DNA of 64,000 bases, from contig OZ024747.1 in the NCBI GenBank assembly GCA_964016885.1, forward strand, positions 11,408,001 through 11,472,000, given 5' to 3'. Below are positions 23,593 through 36,892 of this stretch, piece after piece. The notes below the pieces were generated by a model, which was given only the letters and a program-made list of their open reading frames with translations, searched no databases and was not told where the DNA came from. How positions within the stretch are numbered: the first letter of the stretch is position 1; each line of letters opens with the position of its first letter. The translations under genes were made by a program, and so were the position numbers. This DNA comes from Eledone cirrhosa. Lineage: Eukaryota.

Positions 23593-23845
23593 ATGGCTGG
23601 GACGTATCGATTGTCCCCTCTCAATGAAGGGGACGAGACCCTAAATTTTGCCAACCTCTTGAGCAGGCTACCAGGCTGTAAGGGACCCACAAGAATGGAA
23701 ATGTGGGCCCTCTGTTGGCAGAGTGTCAAGATCTTAAGGGAGATTAACAAACTAGGGGATTTTTTCCAAACACTTTGTGTCACTCCATTGACACTTGCCT
23801 TCGAACTGGACACTGGTCATCTACGATTACTTGACCTCTACATAG
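23593..23845 (+). CDS. KNDC1: KNDC1/very-KIND-like first coding exon (KIND1 N-part)
   Basis: ETLNFANLLS...EMWALCWQS...FFQTLCVTPLTLAF resembles KNDC1 KIND1 (EAWAVC...IFQSLCITPDTLAF as recalled); in-frame TGA just before ATG; donor G|gtgag, phase 1. Confidence 0.85.
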
Positions 23846-24057
23846 GTGAGTATTTCTTATAAGTCCAATAACATCATATATATATATATATATATATATA
23901 ATACCTTTTATTTTCTGTATCTCTCCTTAGATACTGTCTCTATTTTTGTACTCCCGAAGAAGGGCTAAAGCCCAACGCGTCAAACTTTCTTTCTCATTTT
24001 CCATATAAAGCGTGAAACTAATAAGGCTTTTGGTACCTCTGTTTTATCGTTTCCTTG

Positions 24058-24800
<743 letters not shown>

Positions 24801-24804
24801 AATG

Positions 24805-24998
24805 ATAATTGTTTCTACTTTTGGCACAAGGCCAGCAATTATCCCAGTGCATTACTGGTACTTTATTTTATCGACCCCGTAAGGATGAAAGGCAAAGTTA
24901 ACCTCGGCGGGATTTGAACTCAGACCATAAAGGGCCGTAACTCTTTGCATCAAAGCATGGCGTCAGACCCTCTACTGATACTGCCAATCCACCGCCCT
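24805..24998 (-). mobile_element. SINE family 1 full copy
   Basis: Reverse complement of 22577..22765. Confidence 0.85.
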
Positions 24999-25131
24999 CT
25001 AAAATAATGATAATGATGATGAATTTGAAACATGACAGTGCCCAGCAATGTCACTGTTATGATTGTTTGACCACTTGACCATAGTCACCTTCTCAACTAA
25101 CACAACTACCTTCACAATAACCTTATATATA

Positions 25132-26021
25132 CCATATATACTTGAATATAAGCCTCGACCCATTATTTTTTTTTTCACGCTCAGAGTTGCTGAAGCATGG
25201 AACAAACTGCCTGCGTCAGTTGTTAGCTGCCGAGACACTGCATCCTTTAAGACACTCATGCTTCCCGAAATACGCCAAAACTACACCTGATGTACCCCTT
25301 CCATACACATGCACACATGTGTGTATCATGACTCGTGCACTGTTCATTTTACTGATGTTTGAGCATTGCCCTATGTACTGTACATGCACTTTTTTGATGA
25401 ATTGTGGTGCACCTGGGCACTGTACACAATATTTCATTATTGTTATTATTATTATATCATGACTCATACACTGTTCATTTTCCTGACATTTGTACATTAT
25501 TCTATGTACTATACATGCACCTTTGATGAGTTGTAGTGCACCTGAGCACTGTACACAATAATTTCATTATTATTATTATTTCATGTCTGAGAAATAGGCA
25601 AAAATCAAAAAAGCCTTTTTATAAGCTGAGGCACCTAATCCTGTTTAGATGTCACACTGTTGAAATTCTCCTGAGTTGAGAATATATTTGTGAAGTCTTA
25701 ATATTTTGATATTTAAAATATTTTAAGTGATGTTTAGAGTATAGTTTCTGTTTTTACCAATTTTCGACCATTTTGGAAGCCATATTCATTCAAAACAGAT
25801 CAATGTGAAACTGGTGTAATATTCACCTCCAAAGTGAAACTGGTGTAATATTCACCTCCAAAGTGAAACTGGTGTAAAAATATTTTAGTACCTCATTTAT
25901 TTAGAATTTTGAAGTTGGTGAAAATTGGCAAAATATTGACCTTGGTTACACCCCCTCCCCCATTTTATCATTGATTTTTTTTTTGTCCCATATTTCTCGG
26001 CTTATATGTGAGTATATACGG
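25132..26021. mobile_element. pogo/Tc2-like MITE interrupted by a CR1-like fragment
   Basis: TIRs ccatatatacttgaatataagcc (25132) / ggcttatatgtgagtatatacgg (26021). Confidence 0.6.
25170..25580 (+). mobile_element. CR1-like LINE 3' end with duplicated 3' UTR
   Basis: FFTLRVAEAWNKLP; the block atcatgactc...cactgtacacaatatttcattattatt occurs twice. Confidence 0.85.
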
Positions 26022-26022
26022 A

Positions 26023-26074
<52 letters not shown>

Positions 26075-26493
26075 AAAAAAATGAAATCGAAAATGCAACT
26101 GGAGTCTTTTTAAGAATATTTATTTGTTTCCTTTACCGCTAAAATGATATCTCATATGTATACATATGAGATATCATTTTACAAAACCAATATAAGAGGT
26201 TATAACCACAGGTGGAAATGTTACACACAGCTCAAAATAGAGTAATTCATCATAATAAGCAAAACAAAAGGCTATATATCACACCCTTCTGAAAGAATTA
26301 TATATATCGACAGTCGATCGACTTTTGTCAAATATATATAGATATATATATATATATATATACAATACAAGAAAGTAGTACAGCATAATCGGAGCTCTGG
26401 TTGCGGGCAAGCTAACGGATGGTGTCGGGAAGTGCAGCCAAAAGCACTCAATAAGGAATTTTACCTTAGAGATACACATATATATATATACAT

Positions 26494-26534
<41 letters not shown>

Positions 26535-26827
26535 CATGTAAAGTTATATTTAAAATTGTTGGGTTACAACTAGTAAATATTTATAACTGATATAAAAGCA
26601 CTCGACAAATACTTGGAGTATATTTACAATACTCATGCATTTCTTCTTTTTCTTTTTCTTCTTTTTCTTCCTTTTCTTCGTTTTGTCTTTCTTTCTTTCT
26701 TATTTCCCTCTTTTCTCTCTCTCTTTCTTTCTCTCTGTATTTTCACTGCTAGAGTAAACCTCTTCAAATGAAGTTGATGTTTATTACGGTATGTCGAATA
26801 TATTTATCTATAAAACTGTTTATATTG

Positions 26828-26893
26828 TATTTTGTCTGATGAAGGCATAGCATATTGTTAATATGATATCCCCGAAATATATATAATGAAATA
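26828..26893 (+). ncRNA. Putative type I hammerhead ribozyme
   Basis: Stem I tattttgt/atgaaata, CTGATGA (26836), long stem II (catatt/aatatg), GAAA (26874), TATATA stem III, ATA triplet; A.C mismatch at the base of stem II. Confidence 0.55.
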
Positions 26894-26935
26894 AATATGG
26901 TTTTATAAATATAGTTTTCCATTTATTTAATATTG

Positions 26936-27000
<65 letters not shown>

Positions 27001-27356
27001 TAAAACATGTCTATAGAATCACCAGATAAAATATATACCGTTTCCTCTCCCAATTAGCATAATTAACCATATAAAAAATCGATTAGACCAAGCTATAAGA
27101 ATAAAGGCTTCTATGAAGAAATCTTCCACAAATAACCGAAAGCAGCCCTTTGCGGTGGTTGTGACGGAGTATTTATATATATAAATGCTGACCTTGACCT
27201 GTTGTTATGCAGTAATATAGAAGACCCACCTGCCTAAATGCACTGGCTGAAGCATAGATCTAGTGTGCACCACTTTCTCCTACCTTCCTCTCCCCTGTCC
27301 TAACTCTCCACCCAAGTCCTCACACCCCACTCTTTACCCACGTCCCCCTTCCCCTA

Positions 27357-27520
27357 CCCTCCCTCGCCTGATAAGTCCCCCACCCTCGCCTGATAAGTCC
27401 CCCACCCTCGCCTGATAAGTCCCCCACCCTCGCCTGATAAGTCCCCCACCCTCGCCTGATAAGTCCCCCACCCTCGCCTGATAAGTTCCCCACCCTCGCC
27501 TGATAAGTCCCCCACCCTAG
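27357..27520. repeat. 22-bp minisatellite, about 7 copies
   Basis: ccctcgcctgataagtccccca. Confidence 0.95.
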
Positions 27521-28217
27521 ATCCCCGCTCTCCTATCTCCATGCACTTTCCCCACCCAGCCCCCCAGTCCACACTATAAAGTGGTTGTGTAAAGGTGTGG
27601 GTGGGGGTGGAGTGTTAGGGTGTGGGAGGTGTATGGAAGGGAGAGGAGTGATTAAGTGGTGTATTCTAGGTGTATGCTTCAATCAGGGCACATGGGAAGG
27701 TGGGTCCTTTGTATTACTGTATAACGCCAGAGATCTTGATCCTCTGTCATCACCTTTCATATATATATATATATATATATTTGAAACGAGAGTAGAGAGA
27801 TTTAGTAGAAATATCTCAGCACCGTGGTGTCTCTGTCAAATTACTGCCTTCAGGTAGCTATTGCCATAATTAATTTTAAGGGTAAAAACACAATTCTTCC
27901 ACCCTCACCCCCTCCACCACACCCTAAATACAGGTTGTAAGTGGTTTGGGTAGTAGTTGTGTTAGTGGTGGTGGGGTGGTAGGTGTATGTGTGTAAGTGT
28001 GTGTGTGTGTAAGTGTGTGTGTGTGTAAGTGTGTGTGTGTATATAAGTTAGACATGTTGAAACATGTTTATAAGAAGTAAGTTTCCAGAATGTCTTTATA
28101 CTATATATCTACCCTCACCCCCTCACTCTCTCATTTGCTATATATATATATTGTACTGTGTTGTTTGCTTTGTTCGTCCTGTTTACTCTTTGCCTATATA
28201 TATATATCCTTTCTTTC

Positions 28218-28248
<31 letters not shown>

Positions 28249-28507
28249 CTATCTATATATCCATTTGTGGCGCCTCCCCCCTATTGGGGATTTCGATTGT
28301 TATAATTGTTTGTTTCAATATTTTTACACGACTGTATGTAAAATCCTCGGCATGTGTCTTTGTATTGTCCCCTTTTCTTGTGTGCCCTTGTGGCAAATAA
28401 AGAAATCAATCTATCTATCTGTCACTCTGTCTAGCTACTTACATATCTGTATGGTGTGGTAGTGTTGGTCTTTGTGGTAGTAATAGTATTGTTGTTGGTA
28501 TTAGAAT

Positions 28508-29395
28508 TGATGTTGGTGGTGGTGCTGGTGATGTTGGTGTTGGTGTTGGTGTTAGTGGTAGTGATGTTGGTGTTGGTGTTAGTGGTGGTGATAGTGATGT
28601 TGGTGTTGGTGTTAGTGGTGGTGATAGTGATGTTGGTGTTAGAGGTGGTGGTGCTGGTGATGTTGGTGTTCGTGTTGGTGTTAGTGGTGGTGATAGTGAT
28701 GTTGGTGTTGGTGTTAGTGGTGGTGATAGTGATGTTGGTGTTGGTGTTAGTGGTGGTGATAGTGATGTTGGTGTTGGTGTTAGAGGTGGTGCTGCTGGTG
28801 ATGTTGGTGTTGGTGTTAGTGGTGGTGGTAGTGATGTTGGTGTTGGTGTTAGAGGTGGTGCTGCTGATGTTGGTGTTGGTGTTAGAGGTGGTGATAGTGA
28901 TGTTGGTGTTGGTGTTAGAGGTGGTGATAGTGATGTTGGTGTTGGTGTTAGAGGTGGTGATAGTGATGTTGGTGTTGGTGTTAGTGGTGGTGCTGGTGAT
29001 GTTGGTGTTGGTGTTAGAGGTAGTGGTAGTGATGTTGGTGTTGGTGTTAGAGGTGGTGATAGTGATGTTGGTGTTGGTGTTAGAGGTAGTGGTAGTGATG
29101 TTGGTGTTGGTGTTAGAGGTGGTGGTAGTGATGTTGGTGTTGGTGTTAGAGGTAGTGGTAGTGATGTTGGTGTTGGTGTTAGAGGTGGTGATAGTGATGT
29201 TGGTGTTGGTGTTAGTGGTGGTGCTGGTGATGTTGGTGTTGGTGTTAGAGGTAGTGGTAGTGATGTTGGTGTTGGTGTTAGAGGTGGTGATAGTGATGTT
29301 GGTGTTGGTGTTAGAGGTGGTGGTAGTGATGTTGGTGTTGGTGTTAGAGGTGGTGGTAGTGATGTTGGTGTTAGTGGTGATAATGTTGGTGTTGG
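28508..29395. repeat. 33-bp minisatellite (intronic)
   Basis: gtgatgttggtgttggtgttagaggtggtgata variants. Confidence 0.93.
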
Positions 29396-29654
29396 TAGTA
29401 TTAGTGTTGTTGGTGTTGTTATTAGGAATATTACAAGCAATGCCTGTTACTGGTTGCTAAGGCTGGCCTAATCACTGTTGTGTGTGTGTGCATGTGCATG
29501 CATGTAAATATATGTATATGTACGTATATATATATATATACATGCGTGTGCAAACACACTCACACATATATATATGTATATATATATACACACACACACA
29601 CACGTGTGTGTGTGTGTATGAAATTTTGCAGAGTAATTTTACTGAGGAAAACAG

Positions 29655-29770
<116 letters not shown>

Positions 29771-29932
29771 GTGAGTGAGTGAGAGACAGAGAGAGAGAGG
29801 GAGTTGTTGCATTCACACCTTGCTGCCTGAAAAATTAGGAAGCCATTATACTCTTGGAGGAGATGGTCATGGTTGGTTTGTATGTAATCATGGATTTATT
29901 GAATCAGGGATGACCTGGGGCTAAAAACAAGA

Positions 29933-30490
29933 ACCACACCACACCACCACACCACACTACACCATATCACACCACAGATCACACCACACCACCACACCAA
30001 CCACACCACACCACCACACCACAGACCACACCACCACACCACCACACCACCACACCACCACACCACACCACACCACACCACCACACCAACCACACCACAC
30101 CACCACACCACCACACCACAGACCACACCACCACACCACCACACCACACCACCACACCACACCACACCACACCACACCATATCACACCACACCACACCAA
30201 CCACACCACACCACACCACCACACCAACCACACCACAGACCACACCACCACACCACACCACCACACCACCACACCACACCACCACACCACACCACACCAC
30301 ACCATATCACACCACACCACACCAACCACACCACACCACCACACCAACCACACCACACCACAGACCACACCAACCACACCACACCACCACACCAACCACA
30401 CCACAGACCACACCACCACACCACACCACACCACCACAGACCACACCACCACACCACACCACCACACCACCACACCACACCACAGACCAC
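29933..30490. repeat. (CACCA)n-type microsatellite
   Basis: Directly visible. Confidence 0.95.
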
Positions 30491-30664
30491 ATGCCCTATA
30501 CGCCACACATACAGACATACCATAGACCGCTTGTACACATCTTGAGAATTACTTCTAAAGATTTTGGTCTACCTTAATATTATTTCCTACTAAAAGGTAC
30601 GTGTGTATATAGATTTATATATATATATATAGACTTTACATTTACACACACATATATATATATG

Positions 30665-30711
<47 letters not shown>

Positions 30712-31042
30712 CTATTTTATATCATATGTATGTGTATGTATATTTTATATTATATGTATGTGTGTTTATATTATATAAATATGTGTATATCTCACTAAAA
30801 CACTCCATTACATGCAAATTTTATATATAGCTACATGTGAATATTACATAGCTACATGTGTATATTATATATACAATATCTCTGTCTGATGACTGATCTA
30901 GACGTGTATTAATATTGTCTGGGATCCAGAAACCTTTGGTAATGGAGTAGTTATATCTTGTGTTATTCACTTTCTAACTAAATAGCTCTGTTCTATACAT
31001 AGAGCACTCTTTTTTCCTTTGCTTTTTCTTCAGAATTACCTA

Positions 31043-31078
<36 letters not shown>

Positions 31079-31489
31079 GTTTTTCCAAATTGAAGGATGA
31101 GTATTTTAGACTTTATTTTATCATGAGTTAAGGCTCTATTGATTTTTCCCTGGATTTCACTAAATTCTGTGGATGAATCAATATCCTGATTCTCTTTGAG
31201 ATGAGTTTGAATTATTTTTCCCACATCTTACGTTAACTATTTTTCCCATTTTGACGCTATAGTCACTTATATATTATGGAATACTGTTGGCTTTTTGCTA
31301 CAATGTTTTCTATACCTTTCATTTATATATATATATATATATATATAGTTTAGGGATTGTAACGTAAGTTGCTGTTGGTTCACCAATGTGAGCAGTCAAT
31401 GCGTAGTTTCCATTCTGTACTGTGGAGTTGTACTAAGGAGAGTGAAATAATTATGGACGAGGTGTGAAATTATCATTCTTAATGACAGA

Positions 31490-31581
31490 ATCTCTGATGA
31501 GCTTTTGATTCCAGAGTCAGACCCAACTGATAGGGAACCTTCGGCTGATCAATCGCGAAACACGTGTCACACCTGAATAAA
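31490..31581 (+). ncRNA. Putative hammerhead ribozyme, extended stem II family
   Basis: CTGATGA-GC...GC-GAAA-CACGTG-TC with intact core; stem I poorly paired; AATAAA follows. Confidence 0.55.
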
Positions 31582-31675
31582 CTTGATGATAATTTGACAC
31601 CTTCTTCTTCTTCTTCACCCTACATTGTGGCCTCGGATCTTTCACCATGTTTGCTTTTAGTGTTGTACTAATTAT

Positions 31676-31711
<36 letters not shown>

Positions 31712-31778
31712 TCATTTCATCATTTCATCATTTCTGAGAATTGAACTCACAACCTTTCGATTGCAAGGCCAATGCTCC

Positions 31779-31836
<58 letters not shown>

Positions 31837-31924
31837 GGACAAACCATTCTACCCCATGTTAGTGTGGAAGATAGATGTTAAACAATAATGATGATGATGA
31901 TGATGATGGTGATATATATATATA

Positions 31925-32265
31925 GAGGCACATGGCTTAGTGGTTAGAGCATTGGCCTTGCAATCAAAAGGTTGTGAGTTCAATTCTCAGACTGGGTGAT
32001 GTGTTGTTTCCTTGAGCAAGACACTTTATTTCACATTGCTCCAGTTTACTCAGCTGTAGAAATGAGATGATAGGGACTGGGGTCCATATCATTCCACTGC
32101 AAAGTGGTCGTGGAGGTGCCACGACAAAAAAGCACCCAGCACTCACTGAAAATGAGGTTGGTGTTAGGAAGGGCATCCAGCTGTAGAAATCAAGCCAGAA
32201 TCAGTTCCCGTCCCACCCTTGCAAGCAGGGAAAAAGCGGACGTAAAATGATGATGATGATGATGA
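31925..32265 (+). mobile_element. tRNA-derived SINE family 2 with RTE-derived tail
   Basis: A box tggcttagtgg, B box gagttcaattc, body ccttgagcaagacacttt, tail cccgtcccacccttgcaagcagggaaaa..cggacgtaaaa(tga)n. Confidence 0.88.
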
Positions 32266-32388
32266 TACAAGTGGATATGTTGTTATGATCTACTAAAATA
32301 TTTACAAGGCTGTGCCCCAGCATGGCCACAGTCATGAAATCATGAAATAATTCAAAGCATCTGTTAATATCTCTTTCTCACCTCTCTC

Positions 32389-32460
<72 letters not shown>

Positions 32461-32493
32461 TCTCTCTCTCACTGTCTCTGTCTCCCACCACAG

Positions 32494-32549
32494 ATCCTGA
32501 TGTGAAATTTGTACCTCCAGAGTATGAAACACATGGAAACAGTGACAAG
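32494..32549 (+). CDS. KNDC1: KNDC1-like exon 2
   Basis: cag|AT...AAG|gtgag; DPDVKFVPPEYETHGNSDK (KIND FVPPE motif); phase 1 to 0. Confidence 0.88.
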
Positions 32550-32870
32550 GTGAGTTCAGTTATGTTGTTGTGGTGGTGGTGGTGGTCGTGGTGGAGCTGG
32601 TGTTGGTACGACCACCACCAACACCTCCACCATTATCCTTTCACCACCATCATGCCACCACCACAATCACCACACCACAACCACCACCATTACATCTTTC
32701 TCCCACCGACACTACCGCCCTCCCATTACCCCCATCACCATCACCACCGCCACCACTAATACTCCCCCCCCCCACCAACACTCCACCAGCACCCCTACCA
32801 TCTTTCCCCCCATCACCACCTAATTTTCTAACTTTCCTTCTTTGTCTCTTCTTGCCCCTCACCAAACCAG

Positions 32871-33195
32871 TCCCACCTCTATTCCTTAGGCAAGACTCTC
32901 CTCTCCGTGCAGCCACACTCATCAAGGGAGACAAGTGATACATACTCTGCTTTACTGACCAGGCTGACAGTCCCCCTCCCCGGGAAGCGTCCCGCTGTAG
33001 ACGAGGTGGAGCAAGTTTGTAGCACGGCACTTGGAGGGGACGATCCTTTAGCCATCTGTCTGGGATTGTTTAACAGAGCCTTGGACAGTGAGCAGCAGCA
33101 AGAACAGCAGCAACAGCAAGAAGAACAGCAGCAGCAACAACAGCAACAACAACAACAGCAGCAGCAACTACAACAGCAGCAGCAAGAGTACTCAG
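32871..33195 (+). CDS. KNDC1: KNDC1-like exon 3 (KIND1 C-part plus polyQ)
   Basis: ccag|SHLYSLGKTLL...ALLTRLTVPLPGKRPAVDEVEQVC; donor G|gtgag; phase 0 to 1. Confidence 0.87.
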
Positions 33196-33609
33196 GTGAG
33201 GTAATTTTCTCACATAAGAATTCACCTGTTTCTTCAATAGATATATCATCAACATCATCACCATTTACTCTCCATTTTCCATGCAAGCATGTGTTAGATG
33301 GGCTACCCTATTGCTCAAATGGAACTGATTGTGGCTTGGTTTCTACAGCTGGATGCCCTTCCCAGCGCCAACCATATTTACTGTGTGGATTGGATGCTTT
33401 TTGTTGTGACACCTACACAACCACTTTACAGTGTGGGCTGGGTGCCTTTTGTTGTGTTTATATGTGTCATGTTATGAGCCTATACTGGTCAGGTAACCCT
33501 GTCTTGCTTATACAATGTCTTTCATTTGGTTTTCTACACCTGAATACTTTTCTAATGCCAACCACCTTTACAGATTGGACTGAGGGTATTTTGTTATAGC
33601 ATCAGGACT

Positions 33610-33905
33610 CCACCAAGTCTTTTCTCACATTGACATCTTTGAGTTCTGCTTCCCCACTGAAACCTGGATTGATAGACACCCCTCTGTAGTTTATCATGGA
33701 TGATAGCCAACCATCTTGCTCAGGGTCTACCCCTGGGTCTCTTGCCAGTTGGTTTTTCCTGTAAAATCTGTCCAGAGATTCTTATCTAGACATTCTAACC
33801 ACATGTCCATAGTATCAGAGCTGTGATCTCTCAATTCAGAGAAGTAACAGCTCTACCTGGAGTGACTCTCTGATCTCCGAGCTATGCACTCTATTGAGTA
33901 ATGTT
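33610..33905 (-). mobile_element. RTE family C degenerate 3' fragment
   Basis: Reverse complement contains gagacccaggggtagaccctgagcaagatggttgg as at 57250. Confidence 0.55.
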
Positions 33906-34018
33906 ACTCCAAATACCTTTTGGAGGAACCTTATTTTGGCCGCTCCTCCAAAAGGTCTTTGGAGTAACATTAGTAATACCCATTGATCAAGTTATATATC
34001 TTCTTTTCTCTATTTCAG

Positions 34019-35544
34019 ACATCCATAATTCTCTTGAGGTTCCTGAGAACATAAAACAAAAATGCCCCAAATTTAATTCATCAAAACTGACAACAAATGG
34101 TGTAAAACCAATGGCACCAGAAGACGGAAAACTGGCAGAAGAATATCCATACGGAAGTCCTTCTTCCATTAAAGGAAATATACATTGTAGACAGTCAGAA
34201 CCATTGTTAGAATGTAGTTCTGGTAGACGTTCATTTACTGTGAAACCAGAGGTTCAGTTTACCAAAGTGAAGAACTCTGTTGGAGAATCGGTCAGGGAAC
34301 CTAAAACTGTGACTTGTGCCACACTTGTTAATTCTTCTCACATTGAGATTTCTGGTTCTAAGGAAGATCCTTGGATATCTACAGAATGTCATAAAGAACG
34401 GAATTGTATTCCAGAAGATTTAAGTGAAGGAAATACTTTACAGAATTCTTCACCTCTTCAAGACAATGGCAGAGAGAAGTTTCCTGTGTTAAAGGATAGA
34501 TCTTCAAAGTGTTTTGAGGATGTTTGTTCTTGGAGTCAACAGCATACAATTAATAATCCAGATATTGTTCAGGGTTTGATGTCAGTTGTAGAGGCAGGGA
34601 ATAATTGTATTGATGATAACGATGATGATGATAAGTATGATGATGATAAAGGTGAATATGATAAGGATGATGATGATGGTGGTGATAAGGATAATGATGA
34701 TGATGATGATGATGGCGGTGGGGATGATGGTGGTGGTGATGATGATGATGTCTCAAAAGAAAGACTAGGAAACTATGAAGGGTCAGCCTTTAATAACAAG
34801 ATTGAAGCTCAACAAAAACTATTCATGAAAGATGTGGATTACCTGCCTGGTGACAGAGAAAAGTATGTTAATGTTTCCTCTTTTGGTAAAGACATGTTGA
34901 CGGAAGATGGCTGTGGAAATGTAGATGAAACTTCTGCCGTAGAACTTGTTCGTCTTTGTAACCCAGACCGCAGTGTTCTTTGGAATTTTGAGGAGGGGAA
35001 TGTAAATTTGGTTGATCTCATACTTGGGGATGATGTGGAAAATGAGTTGATTAGTGGCAGTAGTCCTACAGTAGAACCAAACAAGAATCTAGATAAAGAC
35101 AACAGTAATTCTATAACTGAACCGGGAATATCTCAACAATTTTGTGTCTCTTCCACAAACAATAGTGTTCTGCAAGAAACAAGAACTATTGTATCCGGTA
35201 CCAACCCTACTCATTATCAATCAACTAGCAAAGCTCCTGGTACCAATGGTACAAAATTTAGTCCTTTGTCACCTACCAAAGTTCTTGATACCAACTTAAC
35301 ACCCAAGGAATCAACAGACAAAACTTCACAGTCAATATATATTCCAGCCAGAACCAACATTAATCTAAATATTGAAATGGCAAGCAGCAACAGTGAAGAA
35401 GGCGGTTCTAGGCCCAAATGTGGCATCAAGAATGACCATAACAGAGATGATGATGATGATGATGATAACTGCTCTCTGTTGGAAGAGATGCAGACCCCTT
35501 CAATATACATCACAACAGAAGAGGTTCGGCTGAAGGGAACTGAG
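34019..35544 (+). CDS. KNDC1: KNDC1-like exon 4 (disordered acidic linker)
   Basis: tttcag|AC, open 1.5-kb frame, donor GAG|gtaaat; phase 1 to 0 fits both neighbours. Confidence 0.82.
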
Positions 35545-35809
35545 GTAAATCTCAGGTTGTTTTCTTCTTCTTCTTTCCATATATATATATAGAACCCTCA
35601 CATAGAATCCATATAGCGAGAGAGCCATCACATATTGCCCATATATACAGAGAGTGCTCAAATATGTTGAGTCCATATATAGAAAACCTTCACATATATC
35701 CTTTACATATACAGTGGCCACATATATAGAGAGAGCCCTCACATATATTTATAAAAATTATAAAAATGTAAATTTAACAAATTTTGTATATATATATATA
35801 TATATATAT

Positions 35810-36875
35810 AGTGGGATCACAGGTAAGCTAACTAAGAACATAGATTTTACATGTGGCCGGTGTTCTGGTGCAATAAGTAGCAGCAAGTGCCCACAAAATA
35901 CTAGCTCTTTCAATTGCGCAGAGGGTTCTATAGAAATAGTGGACAGCTTCCGTTACCTGGGCGATAAAATCAGCAGTGGGGGAGGGTGCTCTGAAAGTAC
36001 TGTAGCTAGAGTCAGAACTGGTTGGAAAAAGTTCAGAGAGCTTATACCACTATTAGCTGCTAAAGGGTTCTCCCTAAAAATGAAAGGCAGGTTGTACGAT
36101 GCCTGCATACGAACAGCAATGTTGCATGGTAGTGAGACCTGGGCATTGTGTGCAGAGGATATACGCAGACTAGAGAGGAACGAAGCTTGCATGCTCCGCT
36201 GGATGTGTAACAGTAATATACGTGAACGGCAAAGCATAAACGAACTAAGGAAAAAATTAGAGATAAGAGGGATCAGATGTTGTTTACTCGAGAGAAGGCT
36301 GCATTGGTATGGACACGTGATGCGCATGAAAGTCGATAGCTGTATAACAAAGTGCAGGGCAATAAAGATAGACGGTAGCCACGGAATAGGCAGACCTAGA
36401 AAAACATGGGATGAGCTGATAAACTCCGACCTCACACACTTACACCTCTCCAAGACAATGTCACTGGACCGAGACCTTTGGCGGTACTCAGTAACAGAGA
36501 AGACCCGCCTTGCCAGTAGGCATCTCTAACAAAATACACCCCCCCCCCCATCCACACCACCCCGTTCTATGTAAAGTTATGTTGGTGCCGCGCCATCCAG
36601 GCCGAAACAAATGAGATCGTGTAGGTGTCACGACAAAAAAACTACACAGTCCACGCTGTAATGTGGCCGTGTAGGCAACACGGTAAAAACCTCCCAGACC
36701 CACACTGTAAATGTGGTTGGTGTTAGGAAGGGCATCCAACTGTAGAAAACCTGCCAGACAGTCCTATGCGAGCAAGACAATCACTCTTGCCTCAAGTGGG
36801 ACTACCCCCGTCCAAACCCATGCAAGCGTGGAACACGGACGTTAAACGTTGATGATGATGATGATGATGATGATA
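35810..36875 (+). mobile_element. RTE family B 3' fragment with 3' UTR
   Basis: Colinear with 41735..42810; FRYLGD, RRLHWYGHVMR, GRPRKTW; (GAT)n tail; inserted in (TA)n. Confidence 0.92.
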
Positions 36876-36892
36876 TATATATATATATATAT

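Noticed and set aside
28439-29460. Mucin/extensin-like P/T ORF
   Set aside because: 33-bp minisatellite in an intron; flanking exons join in phase without it.
31036-31224. Short ORFs possibly from Penelope-like proteins (also 17514..17708)
   Set aside because: No diagnostic GIY-YIG or RT motif recognisable.
31925-32000. tRNA gene
   Set aside because: tRNA-like head continues into a SINE body present three times; no acceptor stem seen.
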